DNA of 37,948 bases, taken from contig JAIYBS010000210.1 of assembly GCA_027488415.1 (NCBI GenBank), forward strand, positions 1-37,948, written 5' to 3'. Positions 17,473 through 27,100 of the stretch are shown one piece after another. Numbering within the stretch: the first letter of the stretch is position 1; each line of letters opens with the position of its first letter. The position numbers were made by a program, and so were the translations under genes. Under the pieces are notes generated by a model. The model saw only the letters and a program-made list of their open reading frames with translations. It made no database searches and had not been told where the DNA came from. Source of the DNA: Planctomycetaceae bacterium. Lineage in GTDB: Bacteria > Planctomycetota > Phycisphaerae > Phycisphaerales > SM1A02.

Positions 17473-18951
17473 TCAGTCCCAACGCCCGAGAAGCAGGCCG
17501 AGGTCGGCGCCGGAGACCCGACCGTCCCGGTTCAGGTCGCTGCGGGATCCGAGCGGCGGCACGAGGCCGAAGTCGCCGAGGAGGATCCCGAGGTCACCCC
17601 CGCTGACGCGCCCGTCGAGGTTCAGGTCCGCGAACCGCGGGGCCGCGGGCGCGAGCGCGGTTGCCGCGGACGCATCGAGTCGGCCGCTGCCGATGAGCTT
17701 CTCGTAGCCCGGGTTGATGGAGTCGATCGGCATCGAGGCGCCCGTGATCGACTCGATGATCGCGTCGTCGATCGCCGCGAGCGGCGTCGTCGCGTCGGGC
17801 CACTCCGGGTGCTGCGCGCGCACGAGCGCGGCCACGCCGCTGGCGAAGGCCGTCGCGAAGCTGGTGCCTTGCCAGGCCGCCCAGCGGCCGCCGGGCACCG
17901 GGCCGACGACAGCCTGCGACGTGACGATCGCTCCGCCGGCGACGAGGGTCGTGCCGGGTGCGCAGAGGTCCGCCTTCGGCCCGAAGTTCGAGAAGGTCGC
18001 GACCCCGTCGACCGGGTCGGTCGCGCACACCGCGAGGACCGTGGTCAGGCCGGCGGGGTACTCCTCGGGATCGATCCGGGCCATGTTGCCCATCGCGGCC
18101 GCCACGACGATGCCCTTGAGATCGGCCTCGTGCACCACGTCCTCGAGGAGCGCGGAGCTGTAGGTGCTTCCGAGGCTGAGGTTGATCACGTCCGCCCCGC
18201 GATCGATCGCGAAGGCGATTCCCTTCCCGATGGTCCAGAGGTCGCCGACGCCGTCGCTGTTCAGCACGGTCACCGGCAGGATCCAGGCCTCCGGCGCGAC
18301 CAGGTGCACGAGGCCCGCGACGAAGGTGCCGTGGCCGACCTGCTCGTCCACGAGTCCGTCGCCGTCGTCGTCGAGTCCGTTGGGCGCGTCGGACGTTCCG
18401 GCGCCGGCAACGAAAGAGGCGCCGCCCGACTGCACCCGCCCGCCGAACGCCGGATGCTGTTCGTCGATGCCGGTATCGAGCACGGCGATGAGCGTGCCTT
18501 GCCCGAGGGACCTGCCGCGCGAGCTCGGAAGCCCGATCACGCCGCCCCCGTACTGCGATTCGAAGATCCCGGGATCGAGGTCGAACTGGCTGAGCCAGAA
18601 GCTGTCGGTGCGTCCCTCGCCGCTCTGGCCGAGGTAGTTGAGCTCTGCCCACACGGCGGCGCCGAGGGCGACCTGGGCCGCGCAGAACGCAGAAGCCGTC
18701 TCGTCGGTCTGCCCGCGCCGAAGCCGGTACGACAGCATGTGGATCGGCCGTCCCGCGATCGCGTCGATGACCTCGACCCCGTCGAAGGTCGCCCGAGCGG
18801 CCGAGACGAGCGACGCGAGCGCGGCATCGTCGGCCACTCGCACCATCATCCGCTCGGGCACCAGCGGATCGCGAAGCGCGTTGCCGGCGAGGGCATCGCG
18901 CGACGCAGCCGCGAGGAGCGCCGAGGCGAGGATGGTGAGCGATCGGTTCAT
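17473..18951 (-). CDS. Secreted S8 subtilisin-family serine protease with C-terminal twin dockerin-like repeat
   Basis: In-frame ATG 18951 within track ORF 17473..19962, with AGGA about 10 nt upstream. The signal peptide is MNRSLTILASALLAAASRDALA, followed by a propeptide-like segment. Triad contexts are AVLDTGID (D159), GHGTFVAG (H207) and GTSFATA (S363), with GN at 287-288. The tail is ADLNLDGRVSGGDLGILLGDFG...SDLNRDGRVSGADLGLLLGRWD (17476..17631). Confidence 0.85.
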   Translation of the reverse strand: MNRSLTILASALLAAASRDALAGNALRDPLVPERMMVRVADDAALASLVSAARATFDGVEVIDAIAGRPIHMLSYRLRRGQTDETASAFCAAQVALGAAVWAELNYLGQSGEGRTDSFWLSQFDLDPGIFESQYGGGVIGLPSSRGRSLGQGTLIAVLDTGIDEQHPAFGGRVQSGGASFVAGAGTSDAPNGLDDDGDGLVDEQVGHGTFVAGLVHLVAPEAWILPVTVLNSDGVGDLWTIGKGIAFAIDRGADVINLSLGSTYSSALLEDVVHEADLKGIVVAAAMGNMARIDPEEYPAGLTTVLAVCATDPVDGVATFSNFGPKADLCAPGTTLVAGGAIVTSQAVVGPVPGGRWAAWQGTSFATAFASGVAALVRAQHPEWPDATTPLAAIDDAIIESITGASMPIDSINPGYEKLIGSGRLDASAATALAPAAPRFADLNLDGRVSGGDLGILLGDFGLVPPLGSRSDLNRDGRVSGADLGLLLGRWD

Positions 18952-18977
18952 CGTCCGGTCATCCTGAAAGTAGCGGG

Positions 18978-21773
18978 TCAGGGAGCCAACGCAAAGAAAG
19001 CCGCCCAATGCACGAACGGAACGCCGCGATTGTCCGCGTCCCGCTGCAGTTCGTGGAGCAAATCGGCCATCGTCCGTTGGTTCGCGGACGTCGGCGAAAC
19101 GGACCATGCGCGGTGGAACGCGGTCATCAGCGCCGCGCCGTCCGCATCGTGCGTGGACCACATGGTCGCGATCGCCTGCGCGATGCCTGCCCCGCAGAGC
19201 GCGCGAAGCACGCCCGAAGTTTCGTGGCCAGCGCCGACGTGCACCCGGCCGGTCTCGCATCCGCTCAGCACGACGTTGGCGCCGGCCACGCCGAGGCGAG
19301 CCAGCTCCCGCGCGCCGATCCAGCGATCCGCCATCCGGATGCCTGCTGCCGCGGGGTGCGCCGAGTCGAACCGGCCGTGGGTCGCCACGTGGAGCAGCGA
19401 GGCCCGGGGTGCCGCCTCGGCGAAAGCGGCCGCGGTCGCGTGAGCGCCCCCGAGCTCGGTCACGTCGGCACCGGCCAGCCGGAGGATCGCCGCGATCTCT
19501 GCTCCCTCCGACTCGATCCGGGGCGCGAAGGAGTCCGCGACGGAGACGACGAGTGCGCTCAGCGCACCCGCTGCGCTCGCACCGGGGCGCCGTCGACGTT
19601 CGACGAAGGCGGACAGGCTCGGCGAGTACGACGTGCACGGTGCGCCGCTCCCTCGCTCGAGCGCATGGAAGGGGACGTCGCAGAGCGGGCCGTAGGGAAC
19701 CACGATGCGCACGGGCGCGCGGCGGGCGGCCTCGGGAAGCGGGTCGAGGAGCAGTTCGCGCAGCCGTGCGGCGCACTCGTCGATCTCGCGCCGCATCCGC
19801 TCCTCCCGCTGCGGCGAGCACGCCAACGCGGGGCGACGCAGGAGGAAGCCGAGGCGGTCGGCGGCCGCGCGGGCGTCCGCGGTCCTGCAGGCGACGGTCG
19901 CGTCGATCTCGCCGGAGGGATGCACGGCGAAGCAGGTGGCCGCGTCGCCGTCGGCATGCCACGCGAGGATCACCTCGCCCGGGCGCAGCGCGGCCGCCGC
20001 CGCCGACGGCGCGAGTGCGGCGCGCGGCTCCGTGACCGGGCGCCGGGACTCGAGCCTGGACTCGATGTCACGGACCGTGGACCGCCATTCGTCGAGCACG
20101 ATCCGCCGTTCGCCCTGCCTCGGCGGTCTCGTCAGTCGTGCATACGCAGCCTCGAGCTCCGCCTCGAGTGCGCGGGCCGCCGGGTCGTCGGACGCTCCGG
20201 CGGCGGCGAGCATGGAATCGAGGAGACCCCGGTCCCGGGTGCGCTCCACCGCCTCGAGCGCCGCGGCAGGGGACCCCGAACGGATGGCCGCCTTGACCGC
20301 GATCGCAGCCACGCGCGACCGCCGACCGATCGCCGCACCCCGCAGGCGCTCGGCCTGCAGCGAGCCGCGGAGCTCCTCGGTGATCCCGATCGCGGCGATC
20401 GCGTCCTCGCCGGCGCCGGCCGCGTCGCCCTCGGCAAGCCGCAGCGCGGCGCGCGTCTCGAGCGAGTCGGCGATGAGCGGTGCGATGCCGAGCCGTCGCG
20501 CATCCTCGACCGCCGCGAGCACCCGGGCGGGCGCGTCGGCGAGGGCTGCCTCGACGGCCCAGGCGGCAGCGAGCTGGTTCGCCCGCGCGCGGGCGACCTC
20601 GTCGTCGGTGGACGCCACCGCCGCATCGGCACGCTTCACCGCATCCTCCGCGCGCCCTTCCGCCGCGTCGGCCGCGGCCGCGGGCAGCAGGGCGAGCGAC
20701 GCCTGTGCGGGATTTCCGAGGCGCTGCCAGCGCTGCGAGGCGCGCTCGGCGGCGAGCGCCGCATCCGCGGATCGCCCGAGGGCGAGCAGGGATCGCGCGA
20801 TCACGTCCTCCGCCCGGGCGCATTCCCAGGCATGGCCGATGCGCTCGAGGGCGATCGAGGCGCGGCGTGCGGATTCGAGCGCATCGTCGGCGGCCCCGAT
20901 CGTCTCGAGCAGCTCGGCCTCCTCGACGTCGAGCCGGGCGGCGTGCCCTCCCGCGCCTTCCCCGGCGAGCAGGGACCGCGCCTCCGCGAACGAGGCGAGC
21001 GCGGAGGCTGCCTGGCCTGCGCGTGCGCGCAGGTCGGCGAGGTTCCCGAGGACGAGTCCCGCCGCGAAGCCCTGCCGGGCACGACCGAGGAGCTCGGAGG
21101 CGCGCGTGAACGACGCCTCGGCATCGGCGATCCGTCCGAGCGCGAGCAGCACCTCGCCGCGCGAGTTCTCGATCTGCCCCGCGACGTGCGCGTCGCCGCC
21201 GAGCACCGGCAGCGCGGCATCGAGCGAGGCAAGCGCCTCGGCATTGCGCCCGAGGAGGCGCAGGACGTTCGCGAGGTTGACGTCGGCGCGCGCCGCGAGG
21301 ACCGGCTCGCCGGCCGCCCGGAAGCTGTCCCTCGCGCGCATGCCGCGGTCCGCCGCATCGAACGGCCTCCCCGACTTTGCGAGGGGGTGCATCGACGCGA
21401 CGTCGGCGCGTGCCGCGTCGACCGCGCTTCCCGAGGCGATCGCCTCGGCGCGACTTCGGTCGGCGGCGGTCAGCGCATCCTCGAGGCGCCCGCCGTACGC
21501 GAGCGAGTGGGCGAGGATCCGCGATGCGCGCGCGGCGCGGATGCCCGCGCCCGCTGCGTGCGCGGCCGCGTGGATGGCGTCGATCGCGTCGGTCACGAGC
21601 GCGAGCTCGCGGGCCATGCGCCGCTCCGCGCTCTCGAGGAGCGCGTCGAGCGCAGCATCACGGTCTGCGTGCAGCGCCGCAAGCCACCCCGCGCGCGCCG
21701 TGGCCGGGAGCGTTGCCGCCTCGTCGAGCCAGCGGTCGGCGGCTTCCGGGCCGATCCGACCCGGCGTGCTCAT
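18978..21773 (-). CDS. TPR-repeat / CHAT-domain (caspase-fold, clan CD) protease-like protein, 931 aa
   Basis: In-frame ATG 21773 within track ORF 18978..22157, overlapping the upstream stop (ATGA). About 600 aa of Ala/Leu-rich TPR-like helices precede a C-terminal CHAT block: VVPYGPLCDVPFHALE...LLHVATHGRF (His codon 19377..19379)...NVVLSGCETG (Cys codon 19257..19259). No signal peptide is apparent. Confidence 0.85.
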   Translation of the reverse strand: MSTPGRIGPEAADRWLDEAATLPATARAGWLAALHADRDAALDALLESAERRMARELALVTDAIDAIHAAAHAAGAGIRAARASRILAHSLAYGGRLEDALTAADRSRAEAIASGSAVDAARADVASMHPLAKSGRPFDAADRGMRARDSFRAAGEPVLAARADVNLANVLRLLGRNAEALASLDAALPVLGGDAHVAGQIENSRGEVLLALGRIADAEASFTRASELLGRARQGFAAGLVLGNLADLRARAGQAASALASFAEARSLLAGEGAGGHAARLDVEEAELLETIGAADDALESARRASIALERIGHAWECARAEDVIARSLLALGRSADAALAAERASQRWQRLGNPAQASLALLPAAAADAAEGRAEDAVKRADAAVASTDDEVARARANQLAAAWAVEAALADAPARVLAAVEDARRLGIAPLIADSLETRAALRLAEGDAAGAGEDAIAAIGITEELRGSLQAERLRGAAIGRRSRVAAIAVKAAIRSGSPAAALEAVERTRDRGLLDSMLAAAGASDDPAARALEAELEAAYARLTRPPRQGERRIVLDEWRSTVRDIESRLESRRPVTEPRAALAPSAAAAALRPGEVILAWHADGDAATCFAVHPSGEIDATVACRTADARAAADRLGFLLRRPALACSPQREERMRREIDECAARLRELLLDPLPEAARRAPVRIVVPYGPLCDVPFHALERGSGAPCTSYSPSLSAFVERRRRPGASAAGALSALVVSVADSFAPRIESEGAEIAAILRLAGADVTELGGAHATAAAFAEAAPRASLLHVATHGRFDSAHPAAAGIRMADRWIGARELARLGVAGANVVLSGCETGRVHVGAGHETSGVLRALCGAGIAQAIATMWSTHDADGAALMTAFHRAWSVSPTSANQRTMADLLHELQRDADNRGVPFVHWAAFFALAP

Positions 21774-22300
21774 GGCAGCTCGAGCCCATCGACGAGGATC
21801 GTGCGGGAACCGACGGACGCGACCAGCTGCACCTCGCGCGCCCGCGAGGCGAACTCGAACCGGCCATCGTCCGTGACCGGCAGCTCGCGGCCGGACTCGT
21901 CGCCCTGCTCGCGCACGAGGAGCCGGGTTCGGCTTCCCGTCTCTGAGCCGGTCACCATCCCGCGGACGAGCACGGTCCCGTCGCCCTGCGCGTGGCTCTC
22001 GACGTCGAGCTCGACGCCCGGCGCGACGGGCGCGCCAAACACGCGCTGCCGGAGCGTCGACGAGGCGCGGAATCCGGGTGCCGCGCCGGCGAGCCGGTCG
22101 TGCAGCAGGACGGCCTGGACGGCGTCGCTGGCCGCGCCGAGCAATTCGGAGAACCACCGATGGCGCGGGACCCCGCCCCGGGCGAGCTCGGCCCGGCCGA
22201 CGGCCTTCACGCGTGCGATCGCTTCCGTCGAAGCGCCTGCCTGCGAGGGATCCCTCAGGGCTCGGGCGAGGAGGGATTCGAGGTCACGGGGTGCGGTCAT
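21770..22300 (-). CDS. Small soluble protein (176 aa): helical N-half plus carboxypeptidase-regulatory-like beta-sandwich C-half; candidate sigma-factor partner
   Basis: In-frame ATG 22300 within track ORF 21770..22891, 38 nt after the ECF sigma stop. Its stop is coupled to the CHAT ATG. There is no hydrophobic TM stretch and no HxxxCxxC motif. The C-half VLVRGMVTGSETGSRTRLLVREQGDESGRELPVTDDGRFEF resembles CarboxypepD_reg-type domains. The start codon is uncertain. Confidence 0.6.
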   Translation of the reverse strand: MTAPRDLESLLARALRDPSQAGASTEAIARVKAVGRAELARGGVPRHRWFSELLGAASDAVQAVLLHDRLAGAAPGFRASSTLRQRVFGAPVAPGVELDVESHAQGDGTVLVRGMVTGSETGSRTRLLVREQGDESGRELPVTDDGRFEFASRAREVQLVASVGSRTILVDGLELP

Positions 22301-22338
22301 GGGCTTGTTCCATCCGGTGGGAGGGCTTGGCGGGGTCC

Positions 22339-22923
22339 TCAGATACGTCCGGGTCCGGGCGATTCCGGGGATGCCTCCGGATCCGTCCCGAATCCCGCCT
22401 TCGCAAGCAGTTCCCGGAGCTTTCCGAGGCAGCGCGCGCGGGTGGGCCCGATCGACCCGACGGGCATGCCGAGCTCCGCGGAGATCCTCGGGTACGACGG
22501 CGAGTCTTCCCGGAAGAGCGCGGTGAGCAGCGATCGGCAGGGCTCGCCCAGGCGCTCGAGCGCCTCTCGCACCGCATGCATCGACTCGAGGTCGGCCGCC
22601 CGTTCCGGGCTCGGCTCGGCGAGGCTCGCGAAGTCCCCGACGAGGTCCACCGGCCGGTTCCGCGCCCGCGCCACGCGCCAGCTCTCGCGGTGCGCGCTCG
22701 TCAGGAGCCACGACGTCACCCGCTCCGGGTCGCGAAGCTCTTCGAGGTGTCGGAGCGCCGAGAGCAGCACCGTCTGCGTCACGTCGTCGCAATCCTCGGC
22801 CGGGAGGCGGCAGGAGCGCGCCACGCTCCAGACGAGCCGCTGGTAGCGGTCGACGAACTCGTCCCAGGCGCGTGCATCGCCGCGCCTGCACCGCTCCACG
22901 ATGTCCCGTGGGTCCTTCTCCAT
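22339..22923 (-). CDS. ECF-type RNA polymerase sigma-70 family factor
   Basis: Track ORF. Region 2 is RYQRLVWSVARSCRLPAEDCDDVTQTVLLSALRHL...SWLLTSAHRESWR. Region 4 is CRSLLTALFREDSPSYPRISAELGMPVGSIGPTRARCLGKLRELL. Confidence 0.9.
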   Translation of the reverse strand: MEKDPRDIVERCRRGDARAWDEFVDRYQRLVWSVARSCRLPAEDCDDVTQTVLLSALRHLEELRDPERVTSWLLTSAHRESWRVARARNRPVDLVGDFASLAEPSPERAADLESMHAVREALERLGEPCRSLLTALFREDSPSYPRISAELGMPVGSIGPTRARCLGKLRELLAKAGFGTDPEASPESPGPGRI

Positions 22924-22927
22924 GGCT

Positions 22928-24148
22928 TCAGCGCGCCATCGCGCGCTCGACCTCGTCGGCCGTGCGCGGGATCGACGGCGTGAGCACCTCGTGCCCGCCC
23001 TCGGTGACGGCCACGTCGTCCTCGATTCGGATGCCGATCGACTCCTTCGGCAGGTAGACGCCCGGCTCGATGGTGATCACCGCGCCCACCTCGAGCGGCG
23101 CGTCGGGGGATGCGTCGTGCGTCTCGAGCCCGAGGTGGTGGCCCATGCCGTGGATGAACGCGTCGCCGAGCCCGGCGTCCGCGATCACCTTGCGGCCGGC
23201 GGCGTCGACCTGCGCGAGCGTCGCGCCCGGGCGCACCGCGGCGATCGCAGCGGCCTGCGCGCGCAGGACCGTGTCGTAGAGCTCGCGCTGGCGCGCCGTG
23301 AAGCGGCCCGAGACGGGGAGCGTGCGGGTCACGTCGGCCGAGTAGCCCGCGTGCTTCGCGCCGCTGTCGAGCACCACGAGCTCACCGTCGACGAGCGGGC
23401 GGTCGTTGGCGTGGTAGTGGAGCACCGTGGCGTTGAAGCCGCCGCCCGCGATCGTCCGGAAGGCGAGCTCCCGCGCGCCGTTGGTCCGGTACGCGTGCTC
23501 GACGCACTCCTGGAGGTCGAACTCGTTCATGCCCGCGCGCATCGAGCGCATCGCGGCGGCGAAGCCGGTCGCGGTGATGCGTCCGGCCTCGCGGATGCAG
23601 GCGATCTCCGCCGCGCTCTTCGCGGCTCGCATGCGCAGCAGCAGGTCGCTGCGGTCCTGGACCTGCGTCCCGGGGACGCGCTCTGCCTGCGCGCGCAGGA
23701 TCGCGAGGTCGGCGGAGACCGGTGAGTTCCACTGCGCGAGCGGCATCAGGCACGCGAGCGTGCGGGACCGGCGCGTCCCCTCGAGGAGCAGCCGGCCGAG
23801 CATGCCGGTGCGCATCACCGTGTCGAAGCCGGTGCGCGCGCGGAGCGCGGCGCCGAGCTCCTCGCGGAAGCCGTCCCACTTCTCGACCTCGGGGTTGAGC
23901 GGGCGCAGGAGCAGCACGGCGCGCTTCGCGGCAACCGGGTTCGACGGGTCGAGCAGCAGCATGGCACCCGGCTCGTCGACGATGCCGGTCAGGTACTCGA
24001 AGTGCGCGTGCGGCTTCCACGGGTGGTGGAGCGACGGGTCCGCCTCGCCGGCGGGCACGACCGCGACCGCGCAACCGAGCTCCTGGAGCAGTCGCTCGCG
24101 TCGCGCGCGGAATTCCTCGTGGGTGATCGTCGGGGCTGCGTTTGCCAT
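22928..24148 (-). CDS. pepP: Xaa-Pro aminopeptidase (M24B, aminopeptidase P family)
   Basis: Track ORF with VLDSGAKHAGYSADVTRT, HGMGHHLGLETHD, ITIEPGVY and IRIEDDVAVTE, the five metal-ligand contexts of M24B. Confidence 0.9.
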   Translation of the reverse strand: MANAAPTITHEEFRARRERLLQELGCAVAVVPAGEADPSLHHPWKPHAHFEYLTGIVDEPGAMLLLDPSNPVAAKRAVLLLRPLNPEVEKWDGFREELGAALRARTGFDTVMRTGMLGRLLLEGTRRSRTLACLMPLAQWNSPVSADLAILRAQAERVPGTQVQDRSDLLLRMRAAKSAAEIACIREAGRITATGFAAAMRSMRAGMNEFDLQECVEHAYRTNGARELAFRTIAGGGFNATVLHYHANDRPLVDGELVVLDSGAKHAGYSADVTRTLPVSGRFTARQRELYDTVLRAQAAAIAAVRPGATLAQVDAAGRKVIADAGLGDAFIHGMGHHLGLETHDASPDAPLEVGAVITIEPGVYLPKESIGIRIEDDVAVTEGGHEVLTPSIPRTADEVERAMAR

Positions 24149-24172
24149 GGGGGCAGGGTACCGCCCCGGCCG

Positions 24173-27100
24173 TCAGTGCTTCGCGGGCTCGGCGGCGGGC
24201 GCGGCGGCATCGGCGCCCCACACGCGGTCGCGCACGATGACGAGCAGCGCGTAGAAGACCGGCACGATCACGAGCGAGAGCAGGGTCGACACCGCGAGTC
24301 CGACGAGCACCGTGACGCCGATCGAGCGCCGGGCGTTCGCGCCGGCGCCGGTCGCGATCACCAGCGGCACGACGCCGAGGATGAAGCTGAACGCGGTCAT
24401 CAGGATCGGGCGCAGGCGCAGCCGGGCCGCGTCCATCGCCGCCTCGACCGGCGACTTGCCGTGCTCGCTGCCCTCCTTCGCGAACTCGACGATCAGGATG
24501 GCGTTCTTCGCGGCGAGGCCGATCAGCATCACGAGGCCGATCTGCGCGTAGACGTCGAGCGGCATGCCCAGCACGCGCAGCCCGGCGAGCGCGCCGAGCG
24601 CCGCGAACGGCACCGCGCCGACGACGAGCACCGGGAGCGTCCAGCTCTCGTACTGCGCGGCAAGGAACAGGAACACCGCCACGATCGCCAGGGTGAACAC
24701 GATCGGCGCGGCGTTCGAGGACTTCCGTTCCTGGTAGGTGATGCCCGTCCACTCGTAGGCGAGGCCCGGCGGCAGCACGCGCTCGCAGAGCTCCTCCATG
24801 AAGGCGGTCGCGTCGCCGGAGCTCACGCCCGGCGCGCCCGCGCCGTTGATGGCGACGGTGTCGGTGACGTTGTAGTGCGTGAGGTTGTCGGGCCCCGTCG
24901 TGGTGCGCGCGTGCGCGAACGCGGAGAACGGGATCATCCTCCGCTCCTTGTTCATCACGTAGAGGCGGTCGAGGTCCTCGGGCGCCATGCGGTTCGGCGC
25001 GTCGGCCTGCACGTACACCTGGTAGACCTGGTTGAACCGGTTGAACTGGTTGACGTACGCGCTGCCGAAGTTGAGCTGCAGCACCGTGAACGCGTCGGCC
25101 ACCGTGACCCCGAGCCGCTGCATCTTCGCGCGGTCGATGTCGAGCCAGACCTGCGGTACGTCCTTCTGGAAGAAGGTCGAGACGCCCACCACGCGGTCGG
25201 GGTGCTTGGCGGCCTCGGCGATGAGCTCCTGCGCGGCGGCGAACAGGCGGTCGGTGCCCAGGCCCGCGCGGTCGACGAGCTGCAGCTGGAAGCCGCCGAC
25301 GGTGCCGAGGCCGGGGATCGAGGGCGGGTTGAACGGGAACGCCATGCCTCCCGGGAGCGTCCAGAGCAGGGGCTGGAGCCGGCGCACGATCGCGCCGGTC
25401 GTGTGCGCGGCGCCGGGGCGCTCGTCCCAGGGCTTGAGCACGGGGATCAGCACGCCCGAGTTCGACTGCGGCGCGTTCGCGAGGAAGTTGGTGCCGTTGA
25501 TCTCGATGACCGTCTCGACCTCGGGCTGCGCGGCGACGATCTCTCGCGCCTGGGCGGCGAAGGCGTTGGTCCGCTCGAGCGGCGTGCCCGCGGGCAGCTG
25601 GTAGGCGACGAAGAAGTAGCCGTTGTCCTCGTCCGGCACGAACGCGGTGGAGGCGGTCGCGACGAGCCAGAGCGCGGCGGCGATCGCGAGCGCGAAGACC
25701 GCGCCCGCCACCATCCAGCGGCGGATCAGCCAGCCGACGAGCGCCTCGTAGGCGAGCTCGGTGCGGCCGAACGCGCGGTTGAAGGCGCCGAACGGCCCGG
25801 TCTTCGCCATCTGCCGCGGACGCAGGAAGATCGCCGCGAGCGCCGGGCTGAGTGTCAGCGAGTTGATGCCCGAGAGGATCACCGAGATGGCGATCGTCAT
25901 CGCGAACTGGTTGTAGAGCTGCCCCGTGACGCCAGGCATCAGCGCGGCGGGCACGAACACCGCCGCCAGCGAGAGCGTGGTCGCGACGATCGGGCCCGCG
26001 ACCTCCTTCATCGCGGCGCTCGCCGCCCTGAACGGGTCGGTCTCGCCGTGCTCGAACTTGCGCTCCACGTTCTCGACGACGACGATCGCGTCGTCGACGA
26101 CGATGCCGATCGCGAGCACCAGCCCGAGCAGCGTCAGCGTGTTGATCGAGAAGCCGAGCCCGAGCATCACCGCGAAGGTGCCGATGATCGACACCGGGAT
26201 CGCGATCATCGGGATCAGCGTCGTCCGGAAGCTCTGCAGGAAGACGTAGATGATGACGAGGACGAGGACCGCCGCCTCCCAGAAGGTCTCCACGACCTCG
26301 GAGATGGAGGCGCGCACGAACTTCGTGGTGTCGTAGTTGATCCGGTACTCGATGTCCTGCGGGAAGTCCTTCCTGAGGGACTCCATCGCGGAGTTCACGG
26401 CCTTGGCGATCTCGAACGCGTTCGAGCCGGGGAGCTGGAAGATGCCGAGCAGCGCGCCGGTCTCGCCGTCCTGCTTGCCGACGCTCGCGTAGTTCGCGGC
26501 GCCGAGCTCGACGCGCGCGACGTCCTTCACCTGCACCGTGCCGCGGTCGTCGCTGCGGACCACGATCTCCTCGAAGTCGCGGACCTGCTGCAGGCGGCCG
26601 AGCGCGTTGACCTGCATCGTGAAGGCCGGCGCCTGCGCGTCGCCGTACGGGGCCGCGCCGGCCTGGCCGCCCACCGCCTGGCGGTTCTGCTCGGAGATGG
26701 CGAGGTAGACCTCCTGCGGCTGGATGCCCATCGACGCGAGGCGCTGCGTGTCGAGCCACACGCGCATCGAGTACTGCCGCAGGCCGAAGTTCGCGACCTG
26801 CGCGACGCCCGGGATGCGCTGCAGCGTCTGCACGATCGCGATGTCGGCGTAGTTGGAGAGGAAGTCGCCGTCGTAGGTGCCGTTCGGGCTCCGAAGGCCG
26901 ACGACCTGGACGAAGTCGGTCGACTGCTTGCGCACCGCGATGCCCTGCTGCTGCACCTCCGGGGGGAGCTGCGGGATCGCGGTCTGCGCGTAGTTCTGGA
27001 CGTCGACCGTGCCGATCGAGAGGTCGTAGCCGACGTCGAAGGTGACGGTGATGACCGCGTTGCCGCCGTTCACCGAGTTGCTCGACATGTAGATCATGCC

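Noticed and set aside
16057-22526. Two plus-strand ORFs of 1128 and 1172 aa (16057..19443 and 19008..22526)
   Set aside because: Both are antisense to the clearly recognisable PepSY, S8, CHAT and sigma genes. Their composition is dominated by R/G/D/E/A runs with no motifs. They are treated as spurious.
22924-23060. ECF-type autoregulatory promoter (GGAAC-N16/17-CGT) inside the pepP 3' end
   Set aside because: No convincing match by eye. The question is left open in a finding rather than called as a feature.
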